A stretch of 64,000 nt of DNA. Source: Eledone cirrhosa. Its lineage: Eukaryota. Where the stretch lies: the NCBI GenBank assembly GCA_964016885.1, contig OZ024740.1:110918001-110982000 (forward strand), read 5' to 3'. The translations under genes and the position numbers were made by a program. Below are positions 10,941-26,500 of this stretch, in pieces (position 1 is the first letter of the stretch; each line of letters starts with the position of its first letter). The notes under the pieces are model-generated. The model saw only the letters and a list, made by a program, of their open reading frames with translations. It did not search any database and was not told the origin of the DNA.

Positions 10941-13900
10941 TGTGTGTTGGTATGTGTTACTGTGTATGTCTGTGTGTTAATATGTGTTGGTATGTGTTAC
11001 TGTGTATGTCTGTGTGTTAATGTGTGTTGGTATGTGTTACTGTGTATGTCTGTGTGTTAATATGTTTGTTGGTATGTGTTACTGTGTATGTCTGTGTGTT
11101 AAAGTGTGTTGGTATGTGTTACTGTGTATGTCTGTGTGTTAATATATGTGTTGGTATGTGTTACTGTGTATGTCTGTGTGTTAATATGTGTGTTGGTATG
11201 TGTTACTGTGTATGTCTGTGTGTTAATGTGTGTGATGGTATGTGTTACTGTGTATGTCTGTGTGTTAATATGTGTGTTGGTATGTGTTACTGTGTATGTC
11301 TGTGTGTTAATATATGTTTTGGTATGTGTTACTGTGTATGTCTGTGTGTTAATATGTGTGTTGGTATGTGTTACTGTGTATGTCTGTGTGTTAATATGTG
11401 TGTCGGTATGTGTTACTGTGTATGTCTGTGTGTTAATATGTGTGTTGGTATGTGTTACTGTGTATGTCTGTGTGTTAATATGTGTGTTTGTATGTGTTAC
11501 TCTGTATGTCTGTGTTAATATGTGTGTTAGTATGTGTTACTGTGTATGTCTGTGTGTTAATATGTGTGTTGGTATGTGTTACTGTGTATGTCTGTGTGTT
11601 AATATGTGTGTTGGTATGTGTTACTGTGCATGTCTGTGTGTTAATATATGTGTTGGTATGCGTTACTGTGTATGTCTGTGTGCTAATATGTGTGTTGGTA
11701 TGTGTTACTGTGTATGTATGTGTGTTAATATGTGTGTGGGTAGGTGTTACTGTGTATGTCTGTGTGTTAATACATGTGTTGGTATGTGTTACTGTGTATG
11801 TCTGTGTGTTAATATGTGTGTTGGTATGTGTTACTGTGTATGTCTGTGTGTTAATATGTGTGTTGGTATGTGTTACTGTGTATGTCTGTGTGTTAATATG
11901 TGTGTTGGTATGTGTTATTGTGTATGTCTGTGTGTTAATATGTGTGTTGGTATGTGTTACTGTGTATGTCTGTGTGTTAATATGTGTGTTGGTATGTGTT
12001 ACCGTTTATGTCTGTGTGTTAATATATGTGTTGGTATGTGTTACTGTGTATGTCTGTGTGTTAATATGTGTGTTGGTATGTGTTACTGTGTATGTCCGTG
12101 CGTTAATATGTGTGTTGTTATGTGTTAGTGTGTATGTCTGTGTGTTAATATATGTGTTGGTATGTGTTACTGTGTATGTCTGTGTGTTAATGTGTGTGTT
12201 GGTATGTGTTACTGTGTATGTCTGTGTGTTAATATGTGTGTTGCTATGTGTTACTGTGTATGTCTGTGTGTTAATGTGTGTTGGTATGTGTTACTGTGTA
12301 TGTCTGTGTGTTAATGTGTGTGTTGGTATGTGTTACTGTGTATGTCTGTGTGTTAATGTGTGTTGGTATGTGTTACTGTGTATGTCTGTGTGTTAATATG
12401 TGTTGGTATGTGTTACTGTGTATGTCTGTGTGTTAATGTGTGTGTTGGTATGTGTTACTGTGTATGTCTGTGTGTTAATATGTGTGTTGGTATGTGTTAC
12501 TGTGTATGTCTGTGTGTTAATGTGTGTGTTGGTATGTGTTACTGTGTATGTCTGTGTGTTAATATGTGTATTGGTATGTGTTACTGTGTATGTCTGAGTG
12601 TTAATGTGTGTTGGTATGTGTTACTGTGTATGTATGTGTGTTAATATGTGTGTTGGTATGTGTTACTGTGTATGTCTGTGTGTTAATATGTGTGTTGGTA
12701 TGTGTTACTGTGTATGTCTGTGTGTTAATGTGTGTGTTGGTATGTGTTACTGTGTATGTCTGTGTGTTAATATGTGTGTTGGTATGTGTTACTGTGTATG
12801 TCTGTGTGTTAATATGTCTGTTGGTATGTGTTACTGTGTATGTCTGTGTGTTAATATGTCTGTTGGTATGTGTTACTGTGTATGTCTGTGTGTTAATGTG
12901 TGTTGGTATGTCTTACTGCGTATGTCTGTGTGTTAATATGTATGTTGGTATGTGTTACTGTGTATGTCTGTGTGTTAATATGTGTTGGTATGTGTTACTG
13001 TGTATGTCTGTGTGTTAATAAGTGTGTTGGTATGTGTTACTGTGTATGACTGAGTGTTAATGTGTGTTGGTATGTGTTACTGTGTATGTATGTGTGTTAA
13101 TATGTGTGTTGGTATGTGTTACTCTGTATGTCTGTGTGTTAATATGTGTGTTGGTATGTGTTACTGTGTATGTCTGTGTGTTAATGTGTGTGTTGGTATG
13201 TGTTACTGTGTATGTCTGTGTCTTAATATGTGTGTTGGTATGTGTTACTGTGTATGTCTGTGTGTTAATATGTCTGTTGGTATGTGTTACTGTGTATGTC
13301 TGTGTGTTAATATGTCTGTTGGTATGTGTTACTGTGTATGTCTGTGTGTTAATGTGTGTGTTGGTATGTGTTACTGTGTATGTCTGTGTGTTAATATGTG
13401 TGTTGGTATGTGTTACTGTGTATGTCTGTGTGTTAATATGTATGTTGGTATGTGTTACTGTGTATGTCTGTGTGTTAATATGTGTTGGTATGTGTTACTG
13501 TGTATGTCTGTGTGTTAATGTGTGTTGGTATGTGTTACTGTGTATGTCTGTGTGTTAATGTGTGTGTTGGTATGTGTTACTGTGTATGTCTGTGTGTTAA
13601 TGTGTGTTGGTATGTGTTACTGTGTATGTCTGTGTGTTAATATGTGTTGGTATGTGTTACTGTGTATGTCTGTGTGTTAATGTGCGTGTTGGTATGTGTT
13701 ACTGTGTATGTCTGTGTGTTAATATGTGTGTTGGTATGTGTTACTGTGTATGTCTGTGTGTTAATGTGTGTGTTGGTATGTGTTACTGTGTATGTCTGTG
13801 TGTTAATATGTGTGTTGATATGTGTTACTGTGTATGTCTGAGTGTTAATGTGTGTTGGTATGTGTTACTGTGTATGTCTGTGTGTTAATATGTGTGTTGG

Positions 13901-14549
13901 TATGTGTTACTGTGTATGTCTGTGTGTTAATGTGTGTGTTGGTATGTGTTACTGTGTATGTCTGTGTGTTAATATGTGTGTTGGTATGTGTTACTGTGTA
14001 TGTCTGTGTGTTAATATGTGTGTTGGTATGTGTTACTGTGCATGTCTGTGTGTTAATATATGTTTTGGTATGTGTTACTGTGTATGTCTGTGTGTTAATA
14101 TGTGTGTTGCTATGTGTTACTGTGTATGTCTGTGTGTTAATATGTGTGTTGGTATGTGTTACTGTGTATGTTTGTGTGTTAATATGTGTGTTGGTATGTG
14201 TTACTGTGTATGTCTGTGTGTTAATATGTGTGTTGGTATGTGTTACTGTGTATGTCTGTGTTAATATGTGTGTTGGTATGTGTTACTGTGTATGTCTGTG
14301 TGTTAATATGTGTGTTGGTATGTGTTACTGTGTATGTCTGTGTGTTAATATGTGTGTTGGTATGTGTTACTGTGCATGTCTGTGTGTTAATATATGTGTT
14401 GGTATGCGTTACTGTGTATGTCTGTGTGCTAATATGTGTGTTGGTATGTGTTACTGTGTATGTATGTGTGTTAATATGTGTGTTGGTATGTGTTACTGTG
14501 TATGTCTGTGTGTTAATATATGTGTTGGTATGTGTTACTGTGTATGTCT

Positions 14550-17500
14550 GTGTGTTAATATCTGTGTTGGTATGTGTTACTGTGTATGTCTGTGTGTTAA
14601 TATGTGTGTTGGTATGTGTTACTGTGTATGTCTGTGTGTTAATATGTGTGTTGGTATGTGTTACTGTGTATGTCTGTGGGTTAATATGTCTGTTGGTATG
14701 TGTTACTGTGTATGTCTGTGTGTTAATGTGTGTTGGTATGTGTTACTGTGTATGTCTGTGTGTTAATATGTATGTTGGTATGTGTTACTGTGTATGTCTG
14801 TGTGTTAATATGTGTTGGTATGTGTTACTGTGTATGTCTGTGTGTTAATAAGTGTGTTGGTATGTGTTACTGTGTATGTCTGAGTGTTAATGTGTGTTGG
14901 TATGTGTTACTGTGTATGTATGTGTGTTAATATGTGTGTTGGTATGTGTTACTGTGTATGTCTGTGTGTTAATATGTGTGTTGGTATGTGTTACTGTGTA
15001 TGTCTGTGTGTTAATGTGTGTGTTGGTATGTGTTACTGTGTATGTCTGTGTGTTAATATGTGTGTTGGTATGTGTTACTGTGTATGTCTGTGTGTTAATG
15101 TGTGTGTTGGTATGTGTTACTGTGTATGTCTGTGTGTTAATATGTGTGTTGGTATGTGTTACTGTGTATGTCTGTGTGTTAATATGTCTGTTGGTATGTG
15201 TTACTGTGTATGTCTGTGTGTTAATATGTCTGTTGGTATGTGTTACTGTGTATGTCTGTGTGTTAATGTGTGTTGGTATGTGTTACTGTGTATGTCTGTG
15301 TGTTAATATGTATGTTGGTATGTGTTACTGTGTATGTCTGTGTGTTAATATGTGTTGGTATGTGTTACTGTGTATGTCTGTGTGTTAATAAGTGTGTTGG
15401 TATGTGTTACTGTGTATGACTGAGTGTTAATGTGTGTTGGTATGTGTTACTGTGTATGTATGTGTGTTAATATGTGTGTTGGTATGTGTTACTCTGTATG
15501 TCTGTGTGTTAATATGTGTGTTGGTATGTGTTACTGTGTATGTCTGTGTGTTAATGTGTGTGTTGGTATGTGTTACTGTGTATGTCTGTGTGTTAATATG
15601 TGTGTTGGTATGTGTTACTGTGTATGTCTGTGTGTTAATATGTCTGTTGGTATGTGTTACTGTGTATGTCTGTGTGTTAATATGTCTGTTGGTATGTGTT
15701 ACTGTGTATGTCTGTGTGTTAATGTGTGTTGGTATGTGTTACTGTGTATGTCTGTGTGTTAATATGTATGTTGGTATGTGTTACTGTGTATGTCTGTGTG
15801 TTAATATGTGTTGGTATGTGTTAATGTGTATGTCTGTGTGTTAATGTGTGTTGGTATGTGTTACTGTGTATGTCTGTGTGTTAATGTGTGTGTTGGTATG
15901 TGTTACTGTGTATGTCTGTGTGTTAATGTGTGTTGGTATGTGTTACTGTGTATGTCTGTGTGTTAATATGTGTTGGTATGTGTTACTGTGTATGTCTGTG
16001 TGTTAATGTGTGTGTTGGTATGTGTTACTGTGTATGTCTGTGTGTTAATATGTGTGTTGGTATGTGTTACTGTGTATGTCTGTGTGTTAATGTGTGTGTT
16101 GGTATGTGTTACTGTGTATGTCTGTGTGTTAATATGTGTGTTGATATGTGTTACTGTGTATGTCTGAGTGTTAATGTGTGTTGGTATGTGTTACTGTGTA
16201 TGTATGTGTGTTAATATGTGTGTTGGTATGTGTTACTGTGTATGTCTGTGTGTTAATATGTGTGTTGGTATGTGTTACTGTGTATGTCTGTGTGTTAATG
16301 TGTGTGTTGGTATGTGTTACTGTGTATGCCTGTGTGTTAATATGTGTGTTGGTATGTGTTACTGTGTATGTCTGTGTGTTAATATGTGTGTTGGTATGTG
16401 TTACTGTGTATGTCTGTGTGTTAATATATGTTTTGGTATGTGTTACTGTGTATGACTGTGTGTTAATATGTGTGTTGCTATGTGTTACTGTGTATGTCTG
16501 TGTGTTAATATGTGTGTTGGTATGTGTTACTGTGTATGTTTGTGTGTTAATATGTGTGTTGGTATGTGTTACTGTGTATGTCTGTGTGTTAATATGTGTG
16601 TTGGTATGTGTTACTGTGTATGTCTGTGTTAATATGTGTGTTGGTATGTGTTACTGTGTATGTCTGTGTGTTAATATGTGTGTTGGTATGTGTTACTGTG
16701 TATGTCTGTGTGTTAATATGTGTGTTGGTATGTGTTACTGTGCATGTCTGTGTGTTAATATATGTGTTGGTATGCGTTACTGTGTATGTCTGTGTGCTAA
16801 TATGTGTGTTGGTATGTGTTACTGTGTATGTATGTGTGTTAATATGTGTGTTGGTATGTGTTACTGTGTATGTCTGTGTGTTAATATATGTGTTGGTATG
16901 TGTTACTGTGTATGTCTGTGTGTTAATATCTGTGATGGTATGTGTTACTGTGTATGTCTGTGTGTTAATATGTGTGTTGGTATGTGTTACTGTGTATGTC
17001 TGTGTGTTAATATGTGTGTTGGTATGTGTTACTGTGTATGTCTGTGTGTTAATATGTCTGTTGGTATGTGTTACTGTGTATGTCTGTGGGTTAATATGTC
17101 TGTTGGTATGTGTTACTGTGTATGTCTGTGTGTTAATGTGTGTTGGTATGTGTTACTGTGTATGTCTGTGTGTTAATATGTATGTTGGTATGTGTTACTG
17201 TGTATGTCTGTGTGTTAATATGTGTTGGTATGTGTTACTGTGTATGTCTGTGTGTTAATAAGTGTGTTGGTATGTGTTACTGTGTATGTCTGAGTGTTAA
17301 TGTGTGTTGGTATGTGTTACTGTGTATGTATGTGTGTTAATATGTGTGTTGGTATGTGTTACTGTGTATGTCTGTGTGTTAATATGTGTGTTGGTATGTG
17401 TTACTGTGTATGTCTGTGTGTTAATGTGTGTGTTGGTATGTGTTACTGTGTATGTCTGTGTGTTAATATGTGTGTTGGTATGTGTTACTGTGTATGTCTG

Positions 17501-20500
17501 TGTGTTAATATGTCTGTTGGTATGTGTTACTGTGTATGTCTGTGTGTTAATATGTCTGTTGGTATGTGTTACTGTGTATGTCTGTGTGTTAATGTGTGTT
17601 GGTATGTGTTACTGTGTATGTCTGTGTGTTAATATGTATGTTGGTATGTGTTACTGTGTATGTCTGTGTGTTAATATGTGTTGGTATGTGTTACTGTGTA
17701 TGTCTGTGTGTTAATAAGTGTGTTGGTATGTGTTACTGTGTATGTCTGTGTGTTAATAAGTGTGTTGGTATGTGTTACTGTGTATGTATGTGTGTTAATA
17801 TGTGTGTTGGTATGTGTTACTGTGTATGTCTGTGTGTTAATATGTGTGTTGGTATGTGTTACTGTGTATGTCTGTGTGTTAATGTGTGTGTTGGTATGTG
17901 TTACTGTGTATGTCTGTGTGTTAATATGTGTGTTGGTATGTGTTACTGTGTATGTCTGTGTGTTAATATGTCTGTTGGTATGTGTTACTGTGTATGTCTG
18001 TGTGTTAATATGTCTGTTGGTATGTGTTACTGTGTATTTCTGTGTGTTAATGTGTGTTGGTATGTGTTACTGTGTATGTCTGTGTGTTAATATGTATGTT
18101 GGTATGTGTTACTGTGTATGTCTGTGTGTTAATATGTGTTGGTATGTGTTACTGTGTATGTCTGTGTGTTAATAAGTGTGTTGGTATGTGTTACTGTGTA
18201 TGTCTGTGTGTTAATGTGTGTTGGTATGTGTTACTGTGTATGTCTGTGTGTTAATGTGTGTTGGTATGTGTTACTGTGTATGTCTGTGTGTTAATATGTG
18301 TTGGTATGTGTTACTGTGTATGTCTGTGTGTTAATGTGTGTTGGTATGTGTTACTGTGTATGTCTGTGTGTTAATATGTATGTTGGTATGTGTTACTGTG
18401 TATGTCTGTGTGTTAAAGTGTGTTGGTATGTGTTACTGTGTATGTCTGTGTGTTAATATATGTGTTGGTATGTGTTACTGTGTATGTCTGTGTGTTAATA
18501 TGTGTGTTGGTATGTGTTACTGTTTATGTCTGTGTGTTAATGTGTGTTGGTATGTGTTACTGTGTATGTCTGTGTGTTAATATGTATGTTGGTATGTGTT
18601 ACTGTGTATGTCTGTGTGTTAATGTGTGTTGGTATGTGTTACTGTGTATGTCTGTGTGTTAATGTGTGTTGGTATGTGTTACTGTGTATGTCTGTGTATT
18701 AATATGTGTTGGTATGTGTTACTGTGTATGTCTGTGTGTTAATGTGTGTTGGTATGTGTTACTGTGTATGTCTGTGTGTTAATATGTTTGTTGGTATGTG
18801 TTACTGTGTATGTCTGTGTGTTAAAGTGTGTTGGTATGTGTTACTGTGTATGTCTGTGTGTTAATATATGTGTTGGTATGTGTTACTGTGTATGTCTGTG
18901 TGTTAATATGTGTGTTGGTATGTGTTACTGTGTATGTCTGTGTGTTAATATGTGTGTTGGTATGTGTTACTGTGTATGTCTGTGTGTTAATATGTGTGTT
19001 GGTATGTGTTACTGTGTATGTCTGTGTGTTAATATGTGTGTTTGTATGTGTTACTCTGTATGTCTGTGTTAATATGTGTGTTAGTATGTGTTACTGTGTA
19101 TGTCTGTGTGTTAATATGTGTGTTGGTATGTGTTACTGTGTATGTCTGTGTGTTAATATGTGTGTTGGTATGTGTTACTGTGCATGTCTGTGTGTTAATA
19201 TATGTGTTGGTATGCGTTACTGTGTATGTCTGTGTGCTAATATGTGTGTTGGTATGTGTTACTGTGTATGTATGTGTGTTAATATGTGTGTGGGTAGGTG
19301 TTACTGTGTATGTCTGTGTGTTAATACATGTGTTGGTATGTGTTACTGTGTATGTCTGTGTGTTAATATGTGTGTTGGTATGTGTTACTGTGTATGTCTG
19401 TGTGTTAATATGTGTGTTGGTATGTGTTACTGTGTATGTCTGTGTGTTAATATGTGTGTTGGTATGTGTTATTGTGTATGTCTGTGTGTTAATATGTGTG
19501 TTGGTATGTGTTACTGTGTATGTCTGTGTGTTAATATGTGTGTTGGTATGTGTTACCGTTTATGTCTGTGTGTTAATATATGTGTTGGTATGTGTTACTG
19601 TGTATGTCTGTGTGTTAATATGTGTGTTGGTATGTGTTACTGTGTATGTCCGTGCGTTAATATGTGTGTTGTTATGTGTTAGTGTGTATGTCTGTGTGTT
19701 AATATATGTGTTGGTATGTGTTACTGTGTATGTCTGTGTGTTAATGTGTGTGTTGGTATGTGTTACTGTGTATGTCTGTGTGTTAATATGTGTGTTGTTA
19801 TGTGTTACTGTGTATGTCTGTGTGTTAATGTGTGTTGGTATGTGTTACTGTGTATGTCTGTGTGTTAATGTGTGTGTTGGTATGTGTTACTGTGTATGTC
19901 TGTGTGTTAATGTGTGTTGGTATGTGTTACTGTGTATGTCTGTGTGTTAATATGTGTTGGTATGTGTTACTGTGTATGTCTGTGTGTTAATGTGTCTGTT
20001 GGTATGTGTTACTGTGTATGTCTGTGTGTTAATATGTGTGTTGGTATGTGTTACTGTGTATGTCTGTGTGTTAATGTGTGTGTTGGTATGTGTTACTGTG
20101 TATGTCTGTGTGTTAATATGTGTATTGGTATGTGTTACTGTGTATGTCTGAGTGTTAATGTGTGTTGGTATGTGTTACTGTGTATGTATGTGTGTTAATA
20201 TGTGTGTTGGTATGTGTTACTGTGTATGTCTGTGTGTTAATATGTGTGTTGGTATGTGTTACTGTGTATGTCTGTGTGTTAATGTGTGTGTTGGTATGTG
20301 TTACTGTGTATGTCTGTGTGTTAATATGTGTGTTGGTATGTGTTACTGTGTATGTCTGTGTGTTAATATGTCTGTTGGTATGTGTTACTGTGTATGTCTG
20401 TGTGTTAATATGTCTGTTGGTATGTGTTACTGTGTATGTCTGTGTGTTAATGTGTCTGTTGGTATGTGTTACTGTGTATGTCTGTGTGTTAATATGTATG

Positions 20501-23500
20501 TTGGTATGTGTTACTGTGTATGTCTGTGTGTTAATATGTGTTGGTATGTGTTACTGTGTATGTCTGTGTGTTAATAAGTGTGTTGGTATGTGTTACTGTG
20601 TATGTCTGAGTGTTAATGTGTGTTGGTATGTGTTACTGTGTATGTATGTGTGTTAATATGTGTGTTGGTATATGTTACTCTGTATGTCTGTGTGTTAATA
20701 TGTGTGTTGGTATGTGTTACTGTGTATGTCTGTGTGTTAATGTGTGTGTTGGTATGTGTTACTGTGTATGTCTGTGTGTTAATATGTGTGTTGGTATGTG
20801 TTACTGTGTATGTCTGTGTGTTAATATGTCTGTTGGTATGTGTTACTGTGTATGTCTGTGTGTTAATATGTCTGTTGATATGTGTTACTGTGTATGTCTG
20901 TGTGTTAATGTGTGTTGGTATGTGTTACTGTGTATGTCTGTGTGTTAACATGTATGTTGGTATGTGTTACTGTGTATGTCTGTGTGTTAATATGTGTTGG
21001 TATGTGTTACTGTGTATGTCTGTGTGTTAATGTGTGTTGGTATGTGTTACTGTGTATGTCTGTGTGTTAATGTGTGTGTTGGTATGTGTTACTGTGTATG
21101 TCTGTGTGTTAATGTGTGTTGGTATGTGTTACTGTGTATGTCTGTGTGTTAATATGTGTTGGTATGTGTTACTGTGTATGTCTGTGTGTTAATGTGTGTG
21201 TTGGTATGTGTTACTGTGTATGTCTGTGTGTTAATATGTGTGTTGGTATGTGTTACTGTGTATGTCTGTGTGTTAATGTGTGTGTTGGTATGTGTTACTG
21301 TGTATGTCTGTGTATTAATATGTGTGTTGATATGTGTTACTGTGTATGTCTGAGTGTTAATGTGTGTTGGTATGTGTTACTGTGTATGTATGTGTGTTAA
21401 TATGTGTGTTGGTATGTGTTACTGTGTATGTCTGTGTGTTAATATGTGTGTTGGTATGTGTTACTGTGTATGTCTGTGTGTTAATGTGTGTGTTGGTATG
21501 TGTTACTGTGTATGTCTGTGTGTTAATATGTGTGTTGGTATGTGTTACTGTGTATGTCTGTGTGTTAATATGTGTGTTGGTATGTGTTACTGTGTATGTC
21601 TGTGTGTTAATATATGTTTTGGTATGTGTTACTGTGTATGTCTGTGTGTTAATATGTGTGTTGCTATGTGTTACTGTGTATGTCTGTGTGTTAATATGTG
21701 TGTTGGTATGTGTTACTGTGTATGTCTGTGTGTTAATATGTGTGTTGGTATGTGTTACTGTGTATGTCTGTGTGTTAATATGTGTGTTGGTATGTGTTAC
21801 TGTGTATGTCTGTGTTAATATGTGTGTTGGTATGTGTTACTGTGTATGTCTGTGTGTTAATATGTGTGTTGGTATGTGTTACTGTGTATGTCTGTGTGTT
21901 AATATGTGTGTTGGTATGTGTTACTGTGCATGTCTGTGTGTTAATATATGTGTTGGTATGCGTTACTGTGTATGTCTGTGTGCTAATATGTGTGTTGGTA
22001 TGTGTTACTGTGTATGTATGTGTGTTAATATGTGTGTTGGTATGTGTTACTGTGTATGTCTGTGTGTTAATATATGTGTTGGTATGTGTTACTGTGTATG
22101 TCTGTGTGTTAATATTTGTGTTGGTATGTGTTACTGTGTATGTCTGTGTGTTAATATGTGTGTTGGTATGTGTTACTGTGTATGTCTGTGTGTTAATATG
22201 TGTGTTGGTATGTGTTACTGTGTATTTCTGTGTGTTAATATGTGTGTTGGTATGTGTTATTGTGTATGTCTGTGTGTTAATATGTGTGTTGGTATGTGTT
22301 ACTGTGTATGTCTGTGTGTTAATATGTGTGTTGGTATGTGTTACCGTTTATGTCTGTGTGTTAATATATGTGTTGGTATGTGTTACTGTGTATGTCTGTG
22401 TGTTAATATGTGTGTTGGTATGTGTTACTGTGTATGTCCGTGCGTTAATATGTGTGTTGTTATGTGTTAGTGTGTATGTCTGTGTGTTAATATATGTGTT
22501 GGTATGTGTTACTGTGTATGTCTGTGTGTTAATGTGTGTGTTGGTATGTGTTACTGTGTATGTCTGTGTGTTAATATGTGTGTTGTTATGTGTTACTGTG
22601 TATGTCTGTGTGTTAATGTGTGTTGGTATGTGTTACTGTGTATGTCTGTGTGTTAATGTGTGTGTTGGTATGTGTTACTGTGTATGTCTGTGTGTTAATG
22701 TGTGTTGGTATGTGTTACTGTGTATGTCTGTGTGTTAATATGTGTTGGTATGTGCTACTGTGTATGTCTGTGTGTTAACGTGTGTGTTGGTATGTGTTAC
22801 TGTGTATGTCTGTGTGTTAATATGTATGTTGGTATGTGTTACTGTGTATGTCTGTGTGTTAATATGTGTTGGTATGTGTTACTGTGTATGTCTGTGTGTT
22901 AATAAGTGTGTTGGTATGTGTTACTGTGTATGTCTGAGTGTTAATGTGTGTTGGTATGTGTTACTGTGTATGTATGTGTGTTAATATGTGTGTTGGTATG
23001 TGTTACTGTGTATGTCTGTGTGTTAATATGTGTGTTGGTATGTGTTACTGTGTATGTCTGTGTGTTAATGTGTGTGTTGGTATGTGTTACTGTGTATGTC
23101 TGTGTGTTAATATGTGTGTTGGTATGTGTTACTGTGTATGTCTGTGTGTTAATATGTCTGTTGGTATGTGTTACTGTGTATGTCTGTGTGTTAATATGTC
23201 TGTTGGTATGTGTTACTGTGTATGTCTGTGTGTTAATGTGTGTTGGTATGTGTTACTGTGTATGTATGTGTGTTAATATGTATGTTGGTATGTGTTACTG
23301 TGTATGTCTGTGTGTTAATATGTGTTGGTATGTGTTACTGTGTATGTCTGTGTGTTAATAAGTGTGTTGGTATGTGTTACTGTGTATGTCTGTGTGTTAA
23401 TAAGTGTGTTGGTATGTGTTACTGTGTATGTATGTGTGTTAATATGTGTGTTGGTATGTGTTACTGTGTATGTCTGTGTGTTAATATGTGTGTTGGTATG

Positions 23501-26500
23501 TGTTACTGTGTATGTCTGTGTGTTAATGTGTGTGTTGGTATGTGTTACTGTGTATGTCTGTGTGTTAATATGTGTGTTGGTATGTGTTACTGTGTATGTC
23601 TGTGTGTTAATATGTCTGTTGGTATGTGTTACTGTGTATGTCTGTGTGTTAATATGTCTGTTGGTATGTGTTACTGTGTATGTCTGTGTGTTAATATATG
23701 TGTTGGTATGTGTTACTGTGTATGTCTGTGTGTTAATATCTGTGTTGGTATGTGTTACTGTGTATGTACGTGTGTTAATATGTGTGTTGGTATGTGTTAC
23801 TGTGTATGTCTGTGTGTTAATATGTGTGTTGGTATGTGTTACTGTGTATGTCTGTGTGTTAATATGTCTGTTGGTATGTGTTACTGTGTATGTCTGTGGG
23901 TTAATATGTCTGTTGGTATGTGTTACTGTGTATGTCTGTGTGTTAATGTGTGTTGGTATGTGTTACTGTGTATGTCTGTGTGTTAATATGTATGTTGGTA
24001 TGTGTTACTGTGTATGTCTGTGTGTTAATATGTGTTGGTATGTGTTACTGTGTATGTCTGTGTGTTAATAAGTGTGTTGGTATGTGTTACTGTGTATGTC
24101 TGAGTGTTAATGTGTGTTGGTATGTGTTACTGTGTATGTATGTGTGTTAATATGTGTGTTGGTATGTGTTACTGTGTATGTCTGTGTGTTAATATGTGTG
24201 TTGGTATGTGTTACTGTGTATGTCTGTGTGTTAATGTGTGTGTTGGTATGTGTTACTGTGTATGTCTGTGTGTTAATATGTGTGTTGGTATGTGTTACTG
24301 TGTATGTCTGTGTGTTAATGTGTGTGTTGGTATGTGTTACTGTGTATGTCTGTGTGTTAATATGTGTGTTGGTATGTGTTACTGTGTATGTCTGTGTGTT
24401 AATATGTCTGTTGGTATGTGTTACTGTGTATGTCTGTGTGTTAATATGTCTGTTGGTATGTGTTACTGTGTATGTCTGTGTGTTAATGTGTGTTGGTATG
24501 TGTTACTGTGTATGTCTGTGTGTTAATATGTATGTTGGTATGTGTTACTGTGTATGTCTGTGTGTTAATATGTGTTGGTATGTGTTACTGTGTATGTCTG
24601 TGTGTTAATAAGTGTGTTGGTATGTGTTACTGTGTATGACTGAGTGTTAATGTGTGTTGGTATGTGTTACTGTGTATGTATGTGTGTTAATATGTGTGTT
24701 GGTATGTGTTACTCTGTATGTCTGTGTGTTAATATGTGTGTTGGTATGTGTTACTGTGTATGTCTGTGTGTTAATGTGTGTGTTGGTATGTGTTACTGTG
24801 TATGTCTGTGTGTTAATATGTGTGTTGGTATGTGTTACTGTGTATGTCTGTGTGTTAATATGTCTGTTGGTATGTGTTACTGTGTATGTCTGTGTGTTAA
24901 TATGTCTGTTGGTATGTGTTACTGTGTATGTCTGTGTGTTAATGTGTGTTGGTATGTGTTACTGTGTATGTCTGTGTGTTAATATGTATGTTGGTATGTG
25001 TTACTGTGTATGTCTGTGTGTTAATATGTGTTGGTATGTGTTAATGTGTATGTCTGTGTGTTAATGTGTGTTGGTATGTGTTACTGTGTATGTCTGTGTG
25101 TTAATGTGTGTGTTGGTATGTGTTACTGTGTATGTCTGTGTGTTAATGTGTGTTGGTATGTGTTACTGTGTATGTCTGTGTGTTAATATGTGTTGGTATG
25201 TGTTACTGTGTATGTCTGTGTGTTAATGTGTGTGTTGGTATGTGTTACTGTGTATGTCTGTGTGTTAATATGTGTGTTGGTATGTGTTACTGTGTATGTC
25301 TGTGTGTTAATGTGTGTGTTGGTATGTGTTACTGTGTATGTCTGTGTGTTAATATGTGTGTTGATATGTGTTACTGTGTATGTCTGAGTGTTAATGTGTG
25401 TTGGTATGTGTTACTGTGTATGTATGTGTGTTAATATGTGTGTTGGTATGTGTTACTGTGTATGTCTGTGTGTTAATATGTGTGTTGGTATGTGTTACTG
25501 TGTATGTCTGTGTGTTAATGTGTGTGTTGGTATGTGTTACTGTGTATGCCTGTGTGTTAATATGTGTGTTGGTATGTGTTACTGTGTATGTCTGTGTGTT
25601 AATATATGTGTTGGTATGTGTTACTGTGTATGTCTGTGTGTTAATATATGTTTTGGTATGTGTTACTGTGTATGTCTGTGTGTTAATATGTGTGTTGCTA
25701 TGTGTTACTGTGTATGTCTGTGTGTTAATATGTGTGTTGGTATGTGTTACTGTGTATGTTTGTGTGTTAATATGTGTGTTGGTATGTGTTACTGTGTATG
25801 TCTGTGTGTTAATATGTGTGTTGGTATGTGTTACTGTGTATGTCTGTGTTAATATGTGTGTTGGTATGTGTTACTGTGTATGTCTGTGTGTTAATATGTG
25901 TGTTGGTATGTGTTACTGTGTATGTCTGTGTGTTAATATGTGTGTTGGTATGTGTTACTGTGCATGTCTGTGTGTTAATATATGTGTTGGTATGCGTTAC
26001 TGTGTATGTCTGTGTGCTAATATGTGTGTTGGTATGTGTTACTGTGTATGTATGTGTGTTAATATGTGTGTTGGTATGTGTTACTGTGTATGTCTGTGTG
26101 TTAATATATGTGTTGGTATGTGTTACTGTGTATGTCTGTGTGTTAATATCTGTGTTGGTATGTGTTACTGTGTATGTCTGTGTGTTAATATGTGTGTTGG
26201 TATGTGTTACTGTGTATGTCTGTGTGTTAATATGTGTGTTGGTATGTGTTACTGTGTATGTCTGTGTGTTAATATGTCTGTTGGTATGTGTTACTGTGTA
26301 TGTCTGTGGGTTAATATGTCTGTTGGTATGTGTTACTGTGTATGTCTGTGTGTTAATGTGTGTTGGTATGTGTTACTGTGTATGTCTGTGTGTTAATATG
26401 TATGTTGGTATGTGTTACTGTGTATGTCTGTGTGTTAATATGTGTTGGTATGTGTTACTGTGTATGTCTGTGTGTTAATAAGTGTGTTGGTATGTGTTAC

